Below are positions 58,408 to 64,000 of a stretch of 64,000 nucleotides of DNA, in pieces; within the stretch, counting starts at the first letter, position 1, and each line of letters opens with the position of its first letter. Under the pieces are notes generated by a model, which saw only the letters and a program-made list of their open reading frames with translations, searched no databases and was not told where the DNA came from. Origin of the DNA: Candidatus Levybacteria bacterium RIFCSPHIGHO2_01_FULL_38_26 (GTDB taxonomy: Bacteria > Patescibacteriota > Microgenomatia > Levybacterales > UBA12049); the NCBI GenBank assembly GCA_001782075.1, contig MFNO01000022.1, forward strand, positions 9,540-73,539. The letters run 5' to 3'. The translations under genes and the position numbers were made by a program.

Positions 58408-59487
58408 ATGGCGAGGGCTTCTAGTAATCAAAAAACCAAACTTCCAAACGGTCCAACTGAAGCGTCACAAAAACTTGATGCCGTAAGGCTTGCAATGGAG
58501 CAGATAGAAAAGCAGTACGGCAGGGGTTCTATAATGCGCTTTGGAGAGGCAGGAAAAAAGTTTGATATTTCTGTGATTTCAACCGGCTGTCTTCCTTTGG
58601 ATTTAGCACTTGGTGTGGGAGGCGTGCCAAGAGGAAGAATCGTTGAAATTTTTGGACCTGAGGCATCGGGTAAAACTACTGTTTGTTTATCCATTATCGC
58701 TCAAGCGCAAAAACACGGAGGAGTGGCGGCATTTATAGATGCAGAGCATGCCTTAGATCCTTTGTGGGCGCAAAGAATTGGAGTAAAGCTTGATGAGCTT
58801 CTTATTTCCCAACCGGATACGGGAGAGCAGGCCCTTGAAATAGCAGAGAGCCTTATCCGAAGCGGCGGGGTAGATGTTTTGGTGATTGATTCTGTTGCCG
58901 CATTAGTTCCTCGGGCAGAGATAGAAGGAGAAATGGGCGATGCAATGATTGGTCTTCAAGCAAGGCTTATGTCCCAGGCTCTTCGAAAATTAACAGGTGT
59001 TATTTCAAAATCAAAAACTGTCGCGATTTTTACCAATCAACTGCGGCAAAAAATTGGAGTGATGTTTGGAAATCCGGAGACAACAACCGGAGGGCTGGCG
59101 CTGAAGTTTTATGCATCAGTAAGAATGGATGTCAGGAAAATAGAAACCCTGAAAGATGGAGATAAAGCAATTGGATCAAGACATAGAGTAAAAATAGTTA
59201 AAAATAAAGTTTCAGCTCCTTTTAGACTCGCGGAGTTTGACGTGATGGGAGATGGCATATCACGGGAGGGGGGAGTTATAGATGTCGGAGTTGAGATGGG
59301 GATTATTCAAAAATCCGGAGCTTTTTATAAACATGGAAATACAATGCTTGGACAAGGAAAACAAGCGACAATAATGTATTTGAGAGAAAATCCAGAAGTT
59401 GCAAAAAAAATAATAGCTGAAATTATGCAGAAAAGCAGAGACGGCGGAATGCCGGTTGCCGTTGGGGTCGAAGAAGAGCAAAGCTAA
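58408..59487 (+). CDS. recA: recombinase RecA
   Basis: GPEASGKTT Walker A; ALDP...L2 region; 359 aa. Confidence 0.97.
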   Translation: MARASSNQKTKLPNGPTEASQKLDAVRLAMEQIEKQYGRGSIMRFGEAGKKFDISVISTGCLPLDLALGVGGVPRGRIVEIFGPEASGKTTVCLSIIAQAQKHGGVAAFIDAEHALDPLWAQRIGVKLDELLISQPDTGEQALEIAESLIRSGGVDVLVIDSVAALVPRAEIEGEMGDAMIGLQARLMSQALRKLTGVISKSKTVAIFTNQLRQKIGVMFGNPETTTGGLALKFYASVRMDVRKIETLKDGDKAIGSRHRVKIVKNKVSAPFRLAEFDVMGDGISREGGVIDVGVEMGIIQKSGAFYKHGNTMLGQGKQATIMYLRENPEVAKKIIAEIMQKSRDGGMPVAVGVEEEQS

Positions 59488-60023
59488 TTGTCATCGGTCA
59501 TGATTACCTTTGAAATACCCTCGTATCTATTATATTTATTTACAATCAGCGGTAGCGCTTGATCCTCAATTTCAAATGGTTTTTTAAGCCATTCTACCTG
59601 CTGAAGCATCTGAAGATCACCTGATAGTTGCTTTTCGAACATTTTTTTGTTTTGGATCTTCATTGACAGCAAAAACTCTGTAGGTTTTGTATTTATATCC
59701 CAAGTTTGTACAATTTTCCTAGAACGTGCAAAAAAAAGCCTAGATGTTCCAAACGGCTCTAATGTTGTTTTTAATTCTTCCTTTATAGTTGGGTCAAGCC
59801 TTAGGATTTCCATTAAACCTAATTCTGTTGCCGCACGTGTCAATACCTGATGCGCATAATGTAATTCATTTTCCTGCAGTCTGTTTGCTAACGTTTGGTA
59901 TTCTGGGGATAGATATATCTCGCGTTCTAGCCAGCTTTCGGCTTTCTTACGAATGGGTATCATAAAATTATCCATTCGGTGCTCCGCTTCAAGAAGCCTC
60001 CTTCGCCTTTCATGCATGTTCAT
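59484..60023 (-). CDS. hypothetical protein encoded antisense between recA and recX
   Basis: 179 aa, soluble, Arg-rich N-terminus; no motif recognised; 4-bp overlap with the recA stop. Confidence 0.3.
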   Translation of the reverse strand: MNMHERRRRLLEAEHRMDNFMIPIRKKAESWLEREIYLSPEYQTLANRLQENELHYAHQVLTRAATELGLMEILRLDPTIKEELKTTLEPFGTSRLFFARSRKIVQTWDINTKPTEFLLSMKIQNKKMFEKQLSGDLQMLQQVEWLKKPFEIEDQALPLIVNKYNRYEGISKVIMTDDN

Positions 60024-60084
60024 GCAGTTGCATTATAGCATACCGATATGACAAGCGTATTTATGCTATGATAAGGCAAATAAA

Positions 60085-60552
60085 ATGGGTGATTTTGAAA
60101 GATTCTATAACAAAGCCCTTAGGTTTCTCTCCTTTCGTCCTCGGTCGGAAAAAGAAATAAGCGACAAGCTTAAAACACAAAAAGCATCCCCAGTTATTAT
60201 TGAAAAAGTGATTTCAAAGCTCAAAGAGCAAAAGTTTTTAAATGATGAGGAGTTTGCGAAGTGGTGGATTGAGCAGCGTACAACTTTTAAACCTCGGAGT
60301 TTGAGATTGATTAAGCTAGAGCTAAGACAAAAGGGAATCTCTAAAGAAATAATTGAATCAAGAATCATAAATCAAGAATCAAGGGGAGACTTGGAACGAG
60401 CGAAAGAGCTTGTTAAAAAAAGAATAGAAAAGTTTAGAGATCTATCAAAGAAAGAGATTTATCAAAAACTAGGTTCGTATCTTGCAAGAAGAGGGTTTGA
60501 TTGGGAGACGATAAAACAGGCAATTGACGAGTCGCTTTTTAAAAGAGTATAA
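60085..60552 (+). CDS. recX: recombination regulator RecX
   Basis: 155 aa three-repeat helical protein; ALRFLSFRPRSEKEISDKL and EEFAKWWIE are RecX-like. Confidence 0.8.
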   Translation: MGDFERFYNKALRFLSFRPRSEKEISDKLKTQKASPVIIEKVISKLKEQKFLNDEEFAKWWIEQRTTFKPRSLRLIKLELRQKGISKEIIESRIINQESRGDLERAKELVKKRIEKFRDLSKKEIYQKLGSYLARRGFDWETIKQAIDESLFKRV

Positions 60553-60682
60553 TACAAAAAGAAAGACAATAGAGGGTGCCAGGTAAGCCTTATGAGAAAA
60601 TTAAATGGAGTCCTCATAGGATCAGCGATATAAATGTTTACCCCGCCAAGAGCGGTATTCCCCTACTGTCTTCTAAGATTAT

Positions 60683-61951
60683 ATGAATAAGCAAAATCAA
60701 GATTTAATTGCTCTTGAGAAAAAACTTCTTGATAAAGAGGAGAAGCTGGAGGTAGAAAAGGCGCGAATCCAGGAAGAGAAAGAAAATTTAGACAAACTAA
60801 AGGAAGATTATAGAGAAAAACTTGAAAAAATATCAGGATTTACCTCGGATGAAGCAAAAAAAGAACTTCTCCAAGAAACAGAAAACAAAGAAACGCAAAT
60901 TATTGCAAGAATTATCAAAGAAAAAGAAGAAGAAGCAAAGATAACCGCAGATAAAAAAGCGCGGGAGATTCTAATTGACAGCATGCGTCATGGGGCGCTT
61001 AATTATATCGCAGAGTATACTGTTTCGATTATTAAAATAGACGATGAAGATATAAAAGGAAGAATTATAGGTAAAGAAGGCCGTAATATTAGAGCTTTTG
61101 AGCAAGCAACAGGGGTTGATGTTGATTTGGATGAGGAGGGAATTATTAGGCTTTCTTCGTTTGATCCGGTGAGGAGAGAGATAGCAAGACGAGTTTTGGT
61201 GAATCTTATTAAAGATACTAGAATTCAACCATATAGGATTGAAGAAAATGTAAAACAGGAACAAGGAGCAGTTAAAAAAATAATGACCGATGAGGGAGAG
61301 AAGCTGATTCATGAGGTTGGGGTTTATAATCTTCCACAGGAACTTATTGAGATTCTTGGTCGTTTCAAATTCAGAACTTCTTACGGACAAAATCTTGTCG
61401 TGCATACTCTTGAGGAGACAAAGATTGGGATTCACATAGCATTAGAGATTGGCGCAGACGTGAATATTGTTAGGCTTGGGTGTTTGTTTCATGATATTGG
61501 AAAAGTTGTTGAAGGCGAAGGCAGTCATGTAAAATTGGGCGCAGAACTGCTTAAGAGATTCAATATTCCGGAATCTGTTGTTAATTGTGTTTTGGAGCAT
61601 CATGAAGACAAACCGTTTTCATCCCTGGAGTCTGTTATCGTTTATTTGGCGGATGCAATTTCTGGAGCAAGGCCAGGGGCAAGATATGAAGATGTTGAGG
61701 ATTATGCCAAAAGATTGAAAGACATGGAAGAGATAGCAAAAGGATACGAAGGAGTTTCTGATGCTTATGCTTTTGAAGCTGGTAGAGAGCTTAGGGTGGT
61801 CATAGATCCGGGGCAGCTGGATGACGCCAAAACAACACTTCTTGCGCATAAAATAAGAGAAGAAATAAGCAGTAAATTGGTCGTACCCGGGGAGGTAAAA
61901 GTGACTGCAATCAGAGAATTTCGCGCAGTTTCTCCAGATTCTACGGTCTAA
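60683..61951 (+). CDS. rny: ribonuclease Y (coiled coil + KH + HD), apparently lacking the N-terminal TM anchor
   Basis: KH motif IIGKEGRNIRAFEQATGVDV; HD motif LFHDIGK...EHH. Confidence 0.85.
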   Translation: MNKQNQDLIALEKKLLDKEEKLEVEKARIQEEKENLDKLKEDYREKLEKISGFTSDEAKKELLQETENKETQIIARIIKEKEEEAKITADKKAREILIDSMRHGALNYIAEYTVSIIKIDDEDIKGRIIGKEGRNIRAFEQATGVDVDLDEEGIIRLSSFDPVRREIARRVLVNLIKDTRIQPYRIEENVKQEQGAVKKIMTDEGEKLIHEVGVYNLPQELIEILGRFKFRTSYGQNLVVHTLEETKIGIHIALEIGADVNIVRLGCLFHDIGKVVEGEGSHVKLGAELLKRFNIPESVVNCVLEHHEDKPFSSLESVIVYLADAISGARPGARYEDVEDYAKRLKDMEEIAKGYEGVSDAYAFEAGRELRVVIDPGQLDDAKTTLLAHKIREEISSKLVVPGEVKVTAIREFRAVSPDSTV

Positions 61952-61966
61952 ACTCTATTTTAGATA

Positions 61967-61995
61967 TTGACAAACTTTAGTTCTCCCTGTATTGT
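61967..61995 (+). promoter_or_regulatory. promoter of the HU gene
   Basis: TTGACA (61967-61972), 17 nt, TATTGT (61990-61995). The ORF-track start codon for this gene is actually the -35 hexamer. Confidence 0.4.
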
Positions 61996-62041
61996 TAAGC
62001 TAATTGGATTATTTTACCCAAAGAAGGGTGGTGAGGAAAAT

Positions 62042-62314
62042 TTGACAAAAAGGGAACTGATTGAAATTGTTGCTAAAAAAGCAAATCTCACAAACAAAGC
62101 TGCTAGAGACGCTGTTCAGTCTGTAATCAACTCCATCCGTGATTCTCTAAAACGGGGTGAAAAAGTAGTTATCACGGGTTTTGGTACGTTTAGCATAAGA
62201 CAGAGAGTCGCTAGAGTTGGAAGAAATCCAAAAACAGGAGCAAAAATTACTATAGCAGCCAGAAAAGCGCCTGGTTTTACTCCGGGTAAAACGCTTAAGA
62301 AAGTAGTAAGGTAA
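62042..62314 (+). CDS. hup: DNA-binding protein HU (start reassigned to TTG 62042, giving a 90-aa product)
   Basis: LTKRELIEIVAKK...ITGFGTFSIRQRVARVGRNPKTGAKITIAARKAPGFTPGKTLKK HU signature; SD-like GAGGA lies 4 nt upstream of the TTG. Confidence 0.8.
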   Translation: MTKRELIEIVAKKANLTNKAARDAVQSVINSIRDSLKRGEKVVITGFGTFSIRQRVARVGRNPKTGAKITIAARKAPGFTPGKTLKKVVR

Positions 62315-62347
62315 ATTTGATTATTGGACACAACTGGTGTAGAATAC

Positions 62348-62708
62348 GGTTGCTCTAGGAGGAAGGTCTGCTAGTCCCGATTCGATCGGGACAGGAAAGT
62401 CCAGACAGACGTAGAGCCGGGGATGGAGCGTAAGCTCTGGCTAGTAATAGCCGGTCTCCAAGTTCTTTACCCACATGCGGAATTTGGAGCAGGTTTTGAA
62501 TTGACAAAACTTGAGAGTAACAGAGACGAGTGGGAGTGAAACGTGACAATCCTACCTGCTGCAACCTCCGAAATGGTGCGTTATTACCTGCTTTACGGGA
62601 GCATCGATGTTGAGGGCAGCACGTCAAACGTGCCGGGAGTGAATAGTTATCACAACCGAGATAGATTGCAGAAATAAACAGAATCTGGCTTATTCTCCTC
62701 CTAGAGCA
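62348..62708 (+). ncRNA. rnpB: RNase P RNA (bacterial type A)
   Basis: P4 5' strand GGAAAGTCCAGAC; GTGGGAGTGAAACGTG (conserved GTGnAA region); P4 3' strand ATAAACAGAATCTGGCTTA; the P1 helix pairs GGTTGCTCTAGGAGG with CCTCCTAGAGCAC. The 90-aa minus-strand ORF 62355..62627 sits inside it and is spurious. Confidence 0.8.
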
Positions 62709-64000
62709 CTAATTTGATACGCTGCATAACATTTTGTACTCGCAGTTTTGGCAGTAGATAGAACCACTGCATAAAAAATCGCTTTTTTCTATCTCCTCAA
62801 CTTTTTGCAGTATTTTAACTTTTGCTTCTTCAAGCTGCTCTTTTGTTCTTGTGGTTGTCAATCTCTTTCCCTCTTCTACAAAGTCAAGAGACAAAACTAT
62901 ATCTTCTGGTTTTCTATTAAAAATCCTGTCGTTAACTTGAGTTGCTGCCAGTGCATATAATGTCAACTGAAGATTGTCTTTAAGATCTTTTTCTTTTGGC
63001 AAATTATTTCCAGTTTTGTAGTCGATTATCTCAATTTTGCCATCTTCCATCTTGTCTATTCTATCTATTCTTCCCGCTATTTTTAGATTATTTACAAAGA
63101 ACCGAAAAGGCACTTCAATGCCAATTGATTTACCTAAATCTTTTGTGTAATTAGCTTTTAGATACTCAAGAAGAATATGTTTTGCTCTTTCATAAGCTTG
63201 GTCTTGATGGGCGCGGCTGCTGTAACCTTCATTTATCCAGTTTTTTTCAAGCATAGGGATTATGTCCCCAATCGTTAGATCTTTGTCCACAAGTGATTTT
63301 TGATAAAAATCTTTTAGAGAGGTATGTATGCTTGATCCAAAGCTAAGCGGCGCGGTTGGCTGGAAGGGGACTTTTAAAATATATTGAAGCTTGTAATGCA
63401 AAGGGCACATATTGAATGTTTGGATTTGCGAGTATGAAATATAGTTTATTTTAGTTTTTGTTTGTTGTTCGTTTGTCGTTTGTTTTTGGATGATTAAGTT
63501 TGGCGCCCAATCCAAAAGAGATGGTTGTAAAATAGTTTTTTCGACTTTCTGTTTTTCTAAATGTTTTTTAATAAAATTTTCCCCTAGAGCCTCGTATACA
63601 TAAGGAGAAAGTTTTCTATCTCTTTTACCTTCGCCGTAAAAATTAGCAGCTGTAAAATAAAGTCTATCTCGTGCGCGCGTCATACCTACATAAAACAAGC
63701 GTCTTTCTTCTTGAAGGTGATAGTCTCCCTCGGGCAGTATTTCTTTGATGAGATCGGTAGGGATAGGTATTTGTTCTCGTCTTTCTCTGGTTGGGAAACG
63801 TTGACTTACGAGATTTACCAAAAAAACAACAGGGAATTCAAGACCTTTACTCGAGTGGATGGTTAGAATGTTTACCGCATTATTTTCCGACCAATCAATA
63901 TCTGCTGCCATAGGACTTTCTCCCATTTGCATTGACAGATCAATCCAATCAACGACGGGAAAAATTCTTGAGTCTTCATGCTCAATCTCGTAGGTTTTTA
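62709..64000 (-). CDS. UvrD/PcrA-like helicase C-terminal region fused to a RecB/Cas4-like PD-(D/E)xK nuclease domain with a Cys cluster; 5' end lies beyond the window
   Basis: Helicase motif VI ILTIHSSKGLEFPVVFLV; nuclease core ...CPLHYKL...IDRIDK...EIIDYKTG; C-terminal CSGSIYCQNCEYKMLC. The reading frame stays open upstream of the annotated Met to position 64000. Confidence 0.7.
   Translation of the reverse strand, partial: KTYEIEHEDSRIFPVVDWIDLSMQMGESPMAADIDWSENNAVNILTIHSSKGLEFPVVFLVNLVSQRFPTRERREQIPIPTDLIKEILPEGDYHLQEERRLFYVGMTRARDRLYFTAANFYGEGKRDRKLSPYVYEALGENFIKKHLEKQKVEKTILQPSLLDWAPNLIIQKQTTNEQQTKTKINYISYSQIQTFNMCPLHYKLQYILKVPFQPTAPLSFGSSIHTSLKDFYQKSLVDKDLTIGDIIPMLEKNWINEGYSSRAHQDQAYERAKHILLEYLKANYTKDLGKSIGIEVPFRFFVNNLKIAGRIDRIDKMEDGKIEIIDYKTGNNLPKEKDLKDNLQLTLYALAATQVNDRIFNRKPEDIVLSLDFVEEGKRLTTTRTKEQLEEAKVKILQKVEEIEKSDFLCSGSIYCQNCEYKMLCSVSN

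Noticed and set aside
58240-58410. LexA/SOS box upstream of recA
   Set aside because: No CTGT-N8-ACAG or CGAAC-N4-GTTCG motif is present in the 130 bp upstream of recA. The only structured feature is the tRNA.
62355-62627. 90-aa ORF on the minus strand
   Set aside because: It is entirely inside the RNase P RNA gene, which has conserved P4 and GTGnAA elements.

Overview
Low-GC, tightly packed window that looks like a Candidate Phyla Radiation (Patescibacteria-type) bacterial chromosome. All calls were made by reading the sequence and the ORF track, with no database search. The hallmarks are an S10-spc-alpha ribosomal superoperon with no L30 gene between rpsE and rplO, a Zn-ribbon type-Z S14, many 4-bp overlapping genes and weak Shine-Dalgarno sequences. 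The core content is heat-shock genes, translation genes and DNA-repair genes. Heat shock: a ClpB/C-like fragment, hrcA-grpE-dnaK-dnaJ with a CIRCE operator, and groES-groEL. Translation: metG, lepA, rpsT, tuf, about 30 ribosomal protein genes, secY, adk, map, infA, rpmJ, rpoA, RNase P RNA and a tRNA-Pro. Repair: recA, recX, tag, RNase Y, HU and a UvrD-like helicase-nuclease cut by the window edge. Accessory content: (i) a polyprenyl-phosphate glycosylation cluster (GT2 with QxxRW, GT-C, MraY/WecA-like, UbiA DPPR-like, methyltransferase). (ii) An idi gene followed by a complete mevalonate-pathway operon with archaeal-type thiolase/HMG-CoA synthase/DUF35, with uppS next to it, beside an ECF sigma/anti-sigma pair. 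(iii) A probable small island next to the tRNA-Pro carrying a Shedu-like (DUF4263) defence nuclease and an unusual operon of an S-adenosylmethionine decarboxylase-like proenzyme with a nicotianamine-synthase-like protein. Non-coding signals include CIRCE, several intrinsic terminators, a promoter+leader+terminator unit in front of rplC, and two copies of a TIR-flanked 70-90 bp GC-rich repeat placed after dnaK and secY. Many antisense ORFs in the track that sit inside strongly supported genes are treated as spurious.
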